Shown: one piece after another, positions 1-13,862 of the stretch
Layout: every line of letters begins with the position of its first letter
How positions within the stretch are numbered: position 1 is the first letter of the stretch
From: Camelus dromedarius
Taxonomy: Eukaryota
Assembly: GCF_036321535.1 (NCBI RefSeq)
Contig: NC_087437.1
Span: 52,020,001-52,084,000 of the forward strand
Direction: 5' to 3'
DNA length: 64,000 nt
The notes under the pieces: model-generated
Database searches by the model: none
What the model saw: the letters and a program-made list of their open reading frames with translations, nothing else
Told to the model about the DNA's origin: nothing
Made by a program: the position numbers and the translations under genes

Positions 1-116
1 GAATGAAAAAAATTAAGGAAAAGAATTCAAGATTTTCCCCATTCTTAAAGCTTTAAGGAAAGTAATTGGTGAGACTTACTGAACTGTATGGACCAAACAA
101 CTTTTCCTTTTTACAG

Positions 117-206
117 GTAGTTCTCATGTGTTGGGAAAATCGGCTATATGATGCTATGATCTATGTGTACAACAGAGGCATGAATGAATTTATTAGTCCA
201 ATGGAG
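117..206 (+). CDS. VPS8: VPS8 exon (window exon 1): VVLMCWENRLYDAMIYVYNRGMNEFISPME
   Basis: cttttcctttttacag|GTA...GAG|gtaaga; 90 nt, phase 0/0. Confidence 0.95.
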
Positions 207-1808
207 GTAAGATACTTCCTAACTTGGACACACATTTAATATTCAATTAGTTTTTTTTCCCCTTCCCTGTTTGCTTTGAATAGTTTGTTCTCATCCAGTC
301 ATTTTTTAATTTCTTGTAGATTTATTAGACTTGCACCTGTTGTTAAGGACTTTTAGGTAGCCTTTAATTTTATACCTACTGCCTTTGCTTTCTTTTTTAA
401 CCTGCATAAGTAGGTATTTAAATCCCAAGGAACAATAGATAAAACTAAAAGTAATGCTTGCCTATTAGACTTCAAGTTTTTTCCTGAGAAGTTTTGATAT
501 TATGATACATCTTCCAAGAAATATAATAAATTTATTATGTATACTTGTATATGGTAAGTGTGCTATTGAGTAATGCTATTTTGTAGATATATTATGTTGA
601 GGGGGAGGTCCTGAAAATGGTGGGAAGTCATTATTTGTTAATTGCTAATTTATTGCTTTTCCCATTTCAGAATTTTATCGCATTCATTATAATTTCTTAT
701 TCTCCTAATCTTTAGAAGAGAGCATCTAAAAAGCATTTAGGCTTGTTTTAAAAAGAACCAAACCCATTCCATCTTGTTATTTACCTTAAATTTGAGGACA
801 GAATTATGGATAATGGATTGTGGATATACACAGTGTCCTGCCAGCCCATTGCTTTATTACAGCTACTTAATTACATGAGTCAGAAGAGCCAGGCATCTGC
901 TGAAGGTGTCCAGTCAACGTTTTTGTGTATTTAATGGGCATCCAAAATTATTTTCAGTATGAATAAGTCAGCAGTCATTCTATGATATTTCAGTCTTCTT
1001 TAAACATATTTAGCTTGATAGGTGAATATCCCTCTAATTCATAACTCCTTCAGGTTTGGTTGCACTTCTTGTTCCTTGGTCATTTTCCAAAGTGAGTGCC
1101 ACAGCCCTTCGCTCTCGTTTTGACCTTGATTGTCTGTGTGTCAAATAAATATTAACATTTGAACACCTCTCAGCTGCCTCCTCAGTGAGATCCGTGCATG
1201 CAAAAATGTTCTCTGCAAAAATGTTCTCTGTCCCACTATTAAACCACAATTAGGAAGAATTAATGCAATTTCTAGTTACTCTCAAAATAGTCTTTGAAAA
1301 CAGATTCTAATTTGATGCATTCTGTGTTGATAAAAATGATTGCTGGATTTTGTAATTGTTGCTTTTGAAGTTTTTGTTTTGTATGGGATTTTTATTCTTC
1401 AAAATCTGGTTTTCATTTATAACTATACATCTCAGATGGAACACTGAGCTACTGAGGTTGCCTTGTTTTGTGTTAAAAGTAGTTTTCAAGTTTAATGGCT
1501 TTCAGCAGGAGCTTGGAATTTGTTATTAAATAGTTACTTGGAGAGTTTAGCAGTGGGAGGTTAGATGCATCTTATGATGCCTCTTTTATAATTCTCTGCC
1601 TGTAATGACATCACTATTCATAGTGTTTAAAATTTAGTAATTTCAGTTTAAAGAGGTCCAAATTAAGAGGAACTATAGTGCTTTCTGAAAGTTCCTAGAT
1701 TTCCTAGAATGAAGAACAGTGTCATCATCTTTGTGATGAGTTCTATAGCCTCTGAAATCTTTCCTTAATTCTAGTTTTGACTGCTTCTGAGGTAAAAGGA
1801 GTCCCTTG

Positions 1809-2279
1809 TGTTGGGAGGAAAAACTTTTTCTCTGTAGACTGAAATCTGAATAGTGGGGAGAGGACTGCAAATTAACTGAAAATAGATTAACAGGAGAAAA
1901 TACAAGATTTATTCACACCTGTACTGGGAGCTCTCAGTAATGAGTAAATCACTGAATAGCCAGAGGTAAAGGTTTATATACCAGTTCAACAAAACTTTGG
2001 GTGTAGGGGAGGGATTTAGGTTTTCAACTGAAAGTATGAGTAGTTTATTGGGCTTTTTGAGGCTAATGAACAGCTGGGTTTGTACCTCCCAGTGCTAAGG
2101 GTCAGTCTCCTCCCAAACAGGAAGCTCCCAGGAAGACCAACATAGTTTTGCCATTAATCTTGTATCTTCAGAGGTTCTGCTTAAATTTAGATAATGTTTC
2201 TTTCTGTGGCTGCTGATTGTTCATATTTTCAATTTAAAGTAATCTTTATTACCATTTTGGTGGGCTATTAATCCCTTCA
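1809..2279 (-). mobile_element. Solo LTR, ERV1-class
   Basis: TG...CA termini; perfect 4-bp TSD CTTG (1805-1808, 2280-2283); AATAAA on the minus strand near 1908; 471 bp. Confidence 0.75.
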
Positions 2280-2607
2280 CTTGCTTACTATTTTTAAAAG
2301 AATAAAGCACTTTTAGGAACTTAAGGATATCTTATATTAAAAATAATAATCTCAACAAACATCTTCCTCTAACTGGTATTTATTAAAATGTTTCAGGGAG
2401 GAATATAACAACAATGATTATTTCCCAGTGATCTTAGTAAAACAAGTTCATGTCCAAATTAAAAGTTTTTATATTTAATCTCAGTAGCAAATGGTTATCT
2501 AATTCAATGAAAGAAAAGTGACTAAAAGCATAAGATTTTTGATTATTTGTAAGAAATATTCTTTATTTAAGATGATGGTGATTGTTTTCTTATTAATTTT
2601 AATGCAG

Positions 2608-2659
2608 AAACTTTTCCGAGTCATTGCTCCTCCACTGAATGCAGGGAAGACGCTAACAG
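2608..2659 (+). CDS. VPS8: VPS8 exon 2: KLFRVIAPPLNAGKTLT(D)
   Basis: aatgcag|AAA...ACAG|gtatta; 52 nt, phase 0/1. Confidence 0.95.
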
Positions 2660-2699
2660 GTATTAGTTTTCTACGCCTTAATTTTTTCCTCTTTTCTGT

Positions 2700-5600
2700 G
2701 TTTAAAAATATTAGGTAAATGTCATAAAAGTCACCAATTTTATATGTACAGTGTGAAATTTGATAACCATACATAATCATATAACCACTACCCTAATCAA
2801 ACTATAGAAGGCAGAACTGTATAATTTCTTCACACTAAAAAGTTTCTTCCTGTCCCCTTGTACTTCTTCCTTTCCCCACAGTCCTACCTCCAGGCAATCC
2901 TGGTTTACTTTCTGTCACTACATTTCATGTAAATAGAATCATATAGTATGTAATCTTGATGTTTTATTTCTTTCACTTAGCCTAATGTTTTTGAGATTCA
3001 TCCATGTTGTTGCATGTATTATATTTTGTTCCCTCTAATTGCTGAATAGTATTCCATGGGTTGGATATACTGTCATTTATTTATTCATCAGTTGAAGGAC
3101 ATTTGAGTTGCTTCCAGTTTGGAGCTATTGTAAGTAATGCTGCTACATTTACGAATAAGTTTTGTTCTGTTTTTAATTAAACTTTTTATTAGGAAGAAAT
3201 TTATAGATTCACATGCAGTTGTATGAAATGACACACAAGATCTGTATACTGTTTACCCAGTTTGCCCCAGTGATAACATCTTGCAAAACTGAAGCACAAT
3301 ATCACAACCAGATACTCACACTGATAAAGTCAAGATACAGATCAGTTTCATCACCACAGGTATCCCTTATATCGTCCTTATCTCCCATAGCTGACCCCTA
3401 GGTATGAATAAATTTTTATGGGGGCAGGTGTGTTCATTTTTCTTGGGCAAATTCCTAGGCTTGGAATGGATAGATTATATGGTAAATATGTGTTTTACTA
3501 AGGTACTGGTATTTGGTTTTTCAAAATGACTGTACCATTTTGCATTCCTTTCAGCAATATGCAAGAGTTCCAAAGCTCCATATCCTTGCAAGCACTTGGC
3601 ACTGTCAATCTTTTTAAATCTTTAAAAAATTTTAGCCATTCTAGTGGGTGTGTAATGGTATATCTTGTTGTAATTTTATTTCCCTAAAGACTGATGACGG
3701 TCAGCACCTTTTCGTGTGCTCTTGCCCACTCACATATCTTTTTTTGTGAATTACCTATTTAAATCTTTCGCCCTTTTTGTAGGGTAAGGAAGAGGTGTCA
3801 TTTGACTTCATGTTACTGAGTCCTAAGCAGGAGAACTCCCTACGAGACTGTGAGAGTTCTTTATGTAGTCTGGCTACCAGCCCCTTTTAAATACATGTTC
3901 CACAAACATTTTCTCTCAGTCCATTGCTTACCTTTTTGTTTTCTTACCCATGTTTTTCAAAGAGCAAAAGGTTTTAATCTGCATGAAGTCTATTTTACTT
4001 ATTTTTTCTTTTCTAGTTTCAGCAGTTTTTTTGGTATTCTGTTTATGAATCTTTTCCCAATTCGATATCATAAAGGTTTTATCCTTTGTTTTCTAGAAAT
4101 TTAATAAGTCTGTAATCCATTTTGAGTTAATTTTCACATGTGATGCAAAGTCAAGTTCAAGGATTTTTTCCCCCATACAGAGATCAGTTCCTTTACCATT
4201 TTTTGAAAATATTTTGTTTCCACTTTACCTGGACACCTTTTTCATAAAAAAAAAGTTTTGATAAAAATGGATTTTTGTCAAAAATCATCTGACCATAAAT
4301 ATGGGTCTATTTCTGTGCTTTCTGTTAAGTTCACTGGTCTGTCTGTCTGTACTTAACACCAATAATATATTGTCTTGCTCATTGCAGCTTTGTAGTAAGT
4401 CTTGAAATCAGGTATCTTAAGTCCTCCAACTTTGTTTTTCTTTTCCAAAATTAGTTTAGTTAGTCTAGGTCCTTTGCCTTTCTGTTTGAACTTTAAAATC
4501 AGCTCATCAATTTCTTTTAAAAAGCTTATTGGAATTGTGTTTAGAATTGCATTGATTCTACAAGTTAATTTGGGGAGGATTGCCATCTTAGCACAGTATT
4601 CTAATCTATGAATATGATGTATTTCTTCATTTATTTTGGTCTGTTAAAATCAGTTTGCTTTCTCAATTTCTGCAGAACAGCAGCTGAGATTTTGTTAAGG
4701 ATTGCTTTGAATCTGTAGATCAATTTGGGGAGTATTGCTATCTTAGCATTATTGTCTTCCAATCCATGAACACAGGATATTTTTCCATTTTTTTAGGCCT
4801 TGTTTAGTTTCTTTCGATGATGTTTTGCCATTTTCATTGTACAAGTCATATACTTCTTTTGCTAGATCTATTCCTAGTTTCTTCATTTGGTGCTGTTATA
4901 AATGGAATTGGTGTTTTCATTTTCAGACTATTCATTGCTAGTGTATAAAAAATAAAATTGATTTTTATATTGATCTTGTATCCTGCATCCTTGCTGAATT
5001 CATTTATTAGTTTCTTAATTGATTCTTTTTTTTATATGATTCTTTAGAATTTTCTATATATATAAAATCATGTCATCTGTAAATAGAGTTAGTTTCACTG
5101 CTTCCTTTCTAATCTGGATTCCTTGTATTTCTTTTCTTCCCTAACTGGCTTGGCTAGGACCTCCAGTACAGTGTTGAACAGAAGTGGCAAGAGTGGACTT
5201 ACTTTTTTTCTCATCCAAGCGGGGAAAGCATTCAGTTTTTCACCATTAAATATGACGTTAACTGTGAGTTTTACATAAATGGCCTTATCAGTTTGAGGAA
5301 GTTCATTCTATCCCTGGTTTATTGAATGTTTTTAGCACGAAGGATTAGATTGTATCAATGCTTTTTTCTGTATCTATTTAGATAATCTTGTGGGTTTTGT
5401 CCTTTACTTTATTGATAAGGTTTTTAAGATTGAAGCATTTTTTGTATGTTAACCCAATCTTACATTCTTGGAATAAATCTGACTTGGTCATGGGGTATAA
5501 TGTTTTTCACATGTTGATGGGTTGAGTTTGCTAATATTTTTCTGAGGAATTTTTTATGGCTGTCTTCTTAAAGTATATTGTTCTGTAGTCTTGTTTTCTT

Positions 5601-6730
5601 TTCACAACTTTTTCTGGCCTTGGTGTCATGTATACTTGGTCTCTTGGTATTCTTGCCTCATGGAATGAATCAAGGTGTTCTCTCTTCTGTTTTTTTTTGA
5701 AAGAGGTTTTGAAGGGTTGGTGTTAATTCTTCTTTAAATATATTATAGAATTTTTTAATGAAGTGATGTAAGCCTAGGATATTCTTTGCTGGCAATTTTT
5801 AAATTACTAGTTCAGTCTCTATTAAGTCTATTCAGATTATTTCTTCTTGAGTCAGTTTTGGTTGTTTGTGTATTTCTAGGAATGTGTCCATTTTATCTGT
5901 TATCTAATTTGCTGGCATGTAGTGTTTATGGTAGTCTTTTGTAATACCTTTTATTTTTATAAGGTCTGTAGTCATGTCTCTTATTTACTTTTTTAATTTG
6001 AGTTTTCTCCTTTTCTTGGTCTGTTTGTCAGTTTGGGTGGTCTTTTCAAAGAACCAATTTTTATTTTATTGATGGTCTTTGTTTTTCTTTACTCTTTTAT
6101 TTATTTCTGATTAATCTTTATTATTTACATCTTTCATCTTCTTTGGGTTTAATTTGCTCTTTATTTTTAGTTTCTTGAGGTAGAAGTTTAGATTATTCAT
6201 TTGAAATCTTTCCTCCTTTTTAAAATGGTATTTATAGCTACAAATCTCTAAGCAGTGCTTTAGCTGCATTCCATAAGCTGCGGTAGTTGTGTCTTCATTT
6301 TCATTTATCTCAAAGTATTTTCTAATTTCTCTTGTGATATTGGTTATTTAGAAGTATGTTGTTTAATTTCCACCTATTTGTAAATTTCTCACATTTCCTT
6401 GTGATACTGATTTCTGATTTCATTCCATTGTAGTCAGAGAACATACTTTGTATAATTTCTACCTTTTTAAATTTATTGAAACTTGTAGCCTAACATATGT
6501 CCTGTCCTGGAGAAAGTTTCAAGTGCACTTGAAAATAATGTGCTGAATGTGTGGTGTTGAGTGGAATGTTCTCTATACGTCTGTTAGGGCTAGTTGGCTT
6601 ATAGTTTTGTTCAAGATTTCTATTTCCTGTTCATCTTCTGCTAGGTGTTCTATTCATTATTGAAAGAGGGGTATTGAAATGTAAAATATTATTGTTGAAA
6701 TGTCTATTTCTTACTTTAAGTCTGTCAGCT
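2700..6730 (-). mobile_element. Old LINE-1 (3' end and ORF2 relics), probably two abutting elements
   Basis: Minus ORF 4353..4586 (MAILPKLTCRINAI...KVGGLKIPDFKTYYKA) is L1 ORF2-like; long T-rich L1 antisense motifs; boundaries approximate. Confidence 0.88.
3164..3402 (-). mobile_element. Short L1 3'-end fragment nested in older L1
   Basis: T-rich tail then L1 3'UTR-like sequence; 14-bp TSD tacgaataagtttt (3150-3163) / tatgaataaatttt (3403-3416), 2 mismatches. Confidence 0.65.
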
Positions 6731-6739
6731 TTTGCTTTA

Positions 6740-8900
6740 TTTTATTCTGGAGTTTTTAATGCTCCAGCAGGCAGTTTACAATTCTGCCTTAGCCTTTACT
6801 TCCTGCTTTTGCAGATCCTCAAAGTTAGCCACAGGGTATAGGCCTTTTCAGGTCTTTCCTGAGTATGTCCATAGCCCTGTACATGCACTTGTCCTTCTAG
6901 AGATCCAAAAATATGTCAGAGCTTTTGAAAGCCCCTACAGAACTCCCATTTTCCAGTTTTTCCTTTTAAGTTTTTTGATGAGTCTCTTATTAGTCTCTTC
7001 TGGTAGCACTGTCTCTGGCATCTGTAAACTTAAACAATTGTGCTGATTATTTTCGACAAATGCTTTGTGGTTACTGTTGTTTGCTTAGAGTAAATTCTGA
7101 GTCAGGACAAAAAAAAAAAAGACAAGTCCTGAGAATGGAGCTTTTTAAATGAGTTGCCAGATAGGTCAGATAGTGATAGTTCTCTAAAGATGGGCTTTTG
7201 GGGTAGCCCTGGAGTGACTGCTCGGTTGCTGGTTTTCGTGGGTACTTACTGTAGTTGCAAGGCTGTTGGTTTCAAAGCTATAGTGAAGCTGGGTAAAGGG
7301 GGACGGGACTAGGTAATGTTAAACCACCATAAAGTTCACTGTTCTTACTGAGATTCAGGCATTTTTCTTGATAAATATTCCTTGAATCATTGCAAGCCTT
7401 TAATTAATTTCAAGCGTTCTGGAAAAGTTGATTCTGACTGTTTCTGCCAGTATTCTTGTTGCTTTTATGGAGGAGCAGATTTTTTAAGGTTATTCCTCTA
7501 CATCTCGTAGGTCATTCCCTCTGGGTTTTGTTTCTGTTTGGTTTAGTCTTTTCCTCTCTCTGTTCTCCTTGAATGATTTCTGTTGCTATACCTTCAGGTT
7601 CGCTCTTTCATGTCAACTCAGCTGTTAAATCCACTCAGTGAATTTTTATCTTCCACGATTGCATTTTTCAATTTTGTAATTTTCATTTGGTTCTTTTTTA
7701 TTGTTTCTGTTTCTCTCCTGCGTCTCTTCATTTATCTGTTAAAATTTTCATGCATTGAAACATGTTTTGTTTTGCTTCAATGAGGATAAAAATAATAGTT
7801 TGCTTTAAAATTCTTGCCTGTTAGTTCTAACATTTTGTTCATTTCAGGATTGGACTTGATTGATTTTCTTTTCTCTTAAGAAAAATATGTTTTATTTTCT
7901 TGGTTTTTCATATGTTGGATAACTTTGGATTGTATCCTGTATTGGATATTTGAATGTTACATTGTAGAGATTCTGGATTCTGTTAATCTTCTCCACCAAG
8001 AATTTTTTCTCTTTGTTTTATCAGGTAATTTTCTTGACTGGCCTTGAATTGCAAACTCTGTTTCTGTGTGGGCTCCAGTTTCTTTTCAAAAGATTGTTTG
8101 TCTTTAACTGGTTGCTTTGATTTGGTTCCACATGTGTGGCTTAGGGGTCACTCGGTGATGAAGGTAGTCAAGTTTGAGGATCTTCTTTCTTGCTTTCTTT
8201 TTACAAGATTCTGCTAATCTGTTGACTGTTCACATTTCTTAGCTTCTCTAGTTCCCCAGCCAGAAAGATGACAGGTTTTCCCATGTGAGTCCCCATCTGC
8301 TGCTGCGCTTGCCACACAGACTGCACTTAGTCGCAGGCTGAAAGCCACAAGTGATGATCATTTATTTGTGTACTTCACTGCCTCCACTCCTCTAGCACAT
8401 GTGAACTCCGCACCAGAGCCGGCTTTTCTTCACACCCCAGGACCGTCAGGGAGGGAGCTCCAGTCTTGGTTCTAACTTCTTCTCTTTGGCTGAGCTGCTT
8501 TGATTCTTCCTTGTTTATACGTAGTGATTTAGGGAACAGTCACAGATGCCAGTAGATAGTTGGGAAACCCCCTCTTTGACTCTTTCCTTTTTGAGGTTCT
8601 ACTTTCTTCCACATTCGTGGTTTCCTGGCTTCAATTTTCTGGTCCTCTGTGCCAGAAAGATTAGGGGTTTTTCTACCCCTCCCCCACCCCACCCCAACTG
8701 CCTCTGTGCAGTTACTTGTATGGCTGCCAGTCTGTCCTCCTCCCAGTGAGTGTGAATTCCCCATCAGTTTGTCTACCTCTGTTCCCTCTTCAGCAGCTTC
8801 AGATAGTTACTCTTTGTATTACGTCCAGGTTTTATAACTTTTTCTTTTGTAAGGGCAGGGGCAGGGAGGATCATTTGGCAGTCAGTACTTCATGTATAAT
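6740..8900. mobile_element. Degraded L1 5'/ORF1-region relics
   Basis: T-rich L1-like motifs recognised by eye; family and boundaries uncertain. Confidence 0.45.
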
Positions 8901-9349
8901 AGTAGCCCTGAAACTAATCTTTTTGAAGCAAACTTGAAAATTGTCTTTCACATATATAGGTAGCAAAAATGAAAGCAAAATAGTAACAGTCTCAAACAGA
9001 ATGGATTAACTTTTGCAACAGAGAATTGTCTAAAAAAAATACTGGGGAGAGAGAAGTAGAAAGGGGGTCAGGAAAATTAAGTACTATGTCAGTACAGTTC
9101 AGTATACATTTAGTGTGAATTTACTGTGTATCAGACACTGTGCTGGATACTAGGACCACAGAGATAGACAGACTCCCTGCCCTTAAACTTGAAAGTAATG
9201 GAATAATGGAGATGGATATGTTAAACAAGTAAACTTAACTCTCTCTAGGAATATCATGAGCTAGATACATCCTATCTGAGATTTCTAGCTGTAAAGGTCT
9301 ATCTAATTAGCCAATAAACATGGCTAATTGAGTTGGATCAGATAACATT

Positions 9350-12300
9350 TGGGACTTTTGGTTTTTGGTCTGGCATATCAGGAGTTTAGAGATCACCACT
9401 CTGACCTACGAACAAGTAAAAAGCTCAACAAACTGAAAAATCAACAGCTCTTCTTAGATCTGCCAGAGATCTAAGTGGCCCAACCACTGCAGCAAAAACT
9501 AGAGAGACAGGCAGAAACAGAGAATCACAACTTACTTGAGCAGACACCTCTGCAGGAACCAGTGCTAGGGCAGCAAAATTGGAACTGCAATCGATGATGT
9601 GCTACAGGCTCACCGTGAACAAGTCTGAGATTTAAAAATTCCAGGAGGGCCTGGTCACAGGGAAGCCTCCACAGTTTCTTAAAATTTACCTCCAGGACTA
9701 CTACCAGGTTCTCACAATGATCATGAGAGAAAAATCCCTTATGTTCCTGCAGGAGGGTGGGGGAAAGGACCATTTTGAAATATGCCAGAGTATTCTGTTT
9801 TTCTCAACTAAGCCACCTTCAGGAAAAAAACTGTTTTGTCAACCTCTGCTTTGGTTTTTATCAAAGCCTGACTTACCTGGGAAAAGGGAAATACCCAACT
9901 CCAGCACCTTCCACCCATGTGGTCCACCTAAGGCGCCGGAGGGAAACAACTGAGAAGCACTGGTGAAGTTCACATTCCAGGGGCAAGGCCTGCCAGAAGA
10001 CTGAGACCTAATCAGGACTCTAGAAGACTCCCCCTCTCCTCAGACCTTACCGCCACATTACTAAAGGTTTACTTCCTGTAGTGCCTTTTACCTAGTGCAT
10101 CATGTGTGCCTTTCAGAAATTAACTTTTTCTGTGAGGCCTGCATTATCCTAATATCAAAACCAAAGACACTACAAGGAAAGAAAACTGCAGGCCAGTATC
10201 TCTCATGAACACAGATGCAGAAATCCTCAGTAAGGTATTTGCAAATTGACTCTAACAAGGTGTAAAAAGAATTACACACCACAACCAAGTGAGATTTATC
10301 CCAGGTATGCAGGGGTGCTTCAACATTTGAAAATCAGTTGAGGTACTCCATCACATCAATAGGCTAGAGAAGACAATCACATGATCATATTAATATATGT
10401 AGAAAAAGCTTTAGACAAAATCCAACTCTTGTTCATGATAAAAACTCTGCAAATTAGGAATGGAGAGAAACTTCCTCAACTTGATGAAAAACATCTACAA
10501 AATCCTACAGCTAACATCATACTTAATGGTCTGGAACTTAATGCTGAAGAACAAGGCAAGGGTGTCCACTGCTCTCAACATCATACTGTCTGTCCTAGCT
10601 GGTGCAAAAAGACAAGTAAAGGACATGAAAGGTATATGGATTGGGAAGGAAGAAATAAACTGGTTTTGTTCACAGGTGACATGATCATTTATGTAGAAAT
10701 TGATGAAATTTATGAAAAAATGGACCAATAAATTCCTGAAACTTTTAAGTAATTGCTGCAGGATTGCAGATACAAAGTTAATATGCAAAAGTCAGTTGCT
10801 TTACTGTACACCTGCAGCAAACAAGTGGAATTTGAAATTATAAACACATTACCATTTATATTAGTACATTAAAAATGAGATATCTGTGTGTAAATATGAC
10901 AAAATATGTACAAGATCTATATGAGGAAAACTACAGAACACTGATGAAAGAGATCAAAGAAGAACTAAATAAATGGAGAGATAGTCTGTATTCATGGATA
11001 GGAAGACTCAGTATTGCCAAGATGTCATTTACTTCCATCCCTGATCTATAGATTCAATGCAATCCCAATCAAAATCCCAGTAAGTTTTTTTTTTTGGATA
11101 TCGACAAACTTATTCTAAAACTTATATGGAGAGGCAAAAGACTCAGAAGAGTTAAGTCAGTATTGAAATATAAGAACAAAGTTGGAGGACTGACTCTACC
11201 TGACTTCCAGACAATATAAAGCTACAATAATTAAGACAGTGTGGTGTTGACAAAAAAAAAAAAAAATAGAAAAATAGATCTGTAGAATAAAATAGCCCAG
11301 AAATAGATTCTCATGAACATAGTCAACTGATCTTTGAGGAAGCAAAGGCAATGTATTGGCATAAAGATAGTCTTTTCAACAAATGGTGCTGGAACAACTG
11401 GACATCCACAGACAAAAAATGAATCTAGACACAGACCTTACACTCTTCACAAAAATTAAATCAAAGTGGATCATAGACATAATTGTGAAATGCAAAACTA
11501 TAAAATATATAGAAGATAACATAGGAGGTAACCTAATTGACTGTAGTTATGGTGATGAATTTTTAGCTACAACACCATGAAAGAAAGATGTCATTCATGA
11601 AAGAAATAATTGATAAGCTGGGCTTCATTAAAATTAAAAACTTCTGCTCTGCAAAAGACATATTGAGAGAATGAGAAGATAATCCACAGATTGAGGATGA
11701 TTGATATGAAAATACTTGCTAAAGACTGTTACCCAAAATATACAGATAACTCTTAAAATTCAACAGTAAGAAAATGAACAACCCAATTAAAAAATGAGCA
11801 AAGACCCAAACAGACATTTCACCAAAGAAGATCTACAGATGGCAAGTAGCATGTAAAAAAGATGTTCAGCATTACTAGTGAATTACAAATTAAAACAACA
11901 ATGGGATTACAAATTACAACAACAGTACACTCACCTATTAGAATGACTGAAATCTGGAACACTGACAACCCCAAATGCTGGCTAGGATGTGGAGCATTAG
12001 GAACTCTCATTTACTGCTGATGGGAATGCAAAATGGTAGAGCCACTGTGGAAGACAGTTTGGCAATTTCTTACAAGGCTAAATATACTCTAACTGTATGA
12101 TCCAGTAATCACACTCCTTGGTATTTAACCAAAGGAGATGAGAACTTATTCACACAAAAACCTGCACACAGATGTTTATAGTAGCTCTTTTCATAGTTGC
12201 CAAAACTTGAAACCAATCAAGATGTTTTTAGTAGGTGAATGGATGAATAAACTGTGTACATCCATACGATGAATCACTATTCAGCACTAAAAATAAATGA

Positions 12301-12810
12301 GCTATCAAGCCATGAAAAGACATGGAGGAAACTTAAATGTATCACTCAGTGAAAGAAGCCAGTCTGAAATACATACATCCTGTATGATTTCAATTATATA
12401 ACATTGTGGAAAAGACAAACCTGTGGAAACAGCAGAAGGATCAGTGTTTACCAGGGATTGAGGAGATGGAGGGATGAATAGGTGAAGCACAAGATTTTTT
12501 TAGGGCAGCAAAACTATTCTCTATGATACTATAATGGTCAATGTATGTCATTATACTTTGTCAAAACCCATAGAATGTACACCACCAAAAGTGAACCCTA
12601 ATATAAACTATGGACTGTAGGTGATAATGATATGTCAATGTAGTAGGTTCAATGATTATAAGAAATGTACCACTGGTGCACGGTGTTAATTGTGGGGGAG
12701 ATTGTATGGTCTAGGGATAAAGGATATGTGGAAATCTCTATACCTTCCTCTCAACTTCGCTGTGAAATAATTAAAACTTTTCTAAAAATTAAATTTTATT
12801 AACTAAAAAA
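9350..12810 (+). mobile_element. Old LINE-1 (L1MC-like): 5' end joined directly to 3' half of ORF2 and 3'UTR
   Basis: ORF2-like fragments in ORFs at 10381, 10460 and 11383; A-rich end near 12805; 5' end homologous to the minus-strand element ending at about 59455. Confidence 0.85.
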
Positions 12811-13690
12811 GGTTCAGAATTGAAGTGGAATGTAATTATTCATATAATTTTGAGCAATTCAAGTTTATTTGCACATATAACAACATATTTAGAGTATTTA
12901 TAAGGGATTATTCATTAAATAAGAGATGTACACTTGCTTGCATTATGTCTAGTATTCATATGTCAAAAATAGAAGTTGCAGCTTATCCATATCACCAGCC
13001 ACAAATTCCTATAATCTGCACACCATAAGGATTACTGATCACTTCACCCACTCTAAATGCTCCTGTTCTGTTCTTTGTTAATTTTGATCTTTTGACCTAA
13101 AACTTGGTCTAATTATGTTTCTAAGTTCTTCTAACCAAGAAATAGGTTTATATTACTAGATGACAGAATCTTACATTTTACACATAGAATACGAAGGTTC
13201 CTAAAGAGTGTTTAGTCTAAGTTTTTTAAAACACTTGTGAACTGTGGCCTTCTTGGCCCTAGAGTACTGTAGGTGGTAAGAGTCCGTATTACAAATGAGA
13301 AGACGTTACAGTTATGCCTTAATATTAGTTCATTGGTCGTGATCTATAATTGATCAGCTCATTGTCTGCTCTATGCCTTCCCTTGGTCCCAAGCTATTGG
13401 TTAAGCCAACGATACATAGATCGCTATACTCAGATCTGTACCTTCTACGTGTACCCTTGAATGATTCATTGATTCTGTGTCTATGAAAAGGATCTAATGG
13501 AAATTCCAAAAAAAAAATTAATAATGATAATAATAATAATAATTATTATTATTAAAGTGATCTTACCTCACTTTGTTATTTGGTAATATACTTACCTTAA
13601 ATGCTACCTTTTATTTTTTGTTTCCACAAAAATGTTTTATTTCTGGAAAGGTTCTGAGAGAGAATTGCTAAAGATATTTTTCTGTTTTAG

Positions 13691-13733
13691 ATGAGCAAGT
13701 TGTTATGGGCAACAAGCTTCTTGTATATATTAG
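13691..13733 (+). CDS. VPS8: VPS8 exon 3: (D)EQVVMGNKLLVYI(S)
   Basis: tctgttttag|AT...AG|gtaaga; 43 nt, phase 1/2. Confidence 0.95.
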
Positions 13734-13862
13734 GTAAGAGATGTTACATTTATTTATCTCTGTGTATGCTTCTTCTGTAAAAGTTTCCCCTGTATTCTTA
13801 GAGGGACTGTCACCTCTTATCTGTGTAGTGCTTTTCTTTTTTCGGTGTTCTTTCGTGAACAG

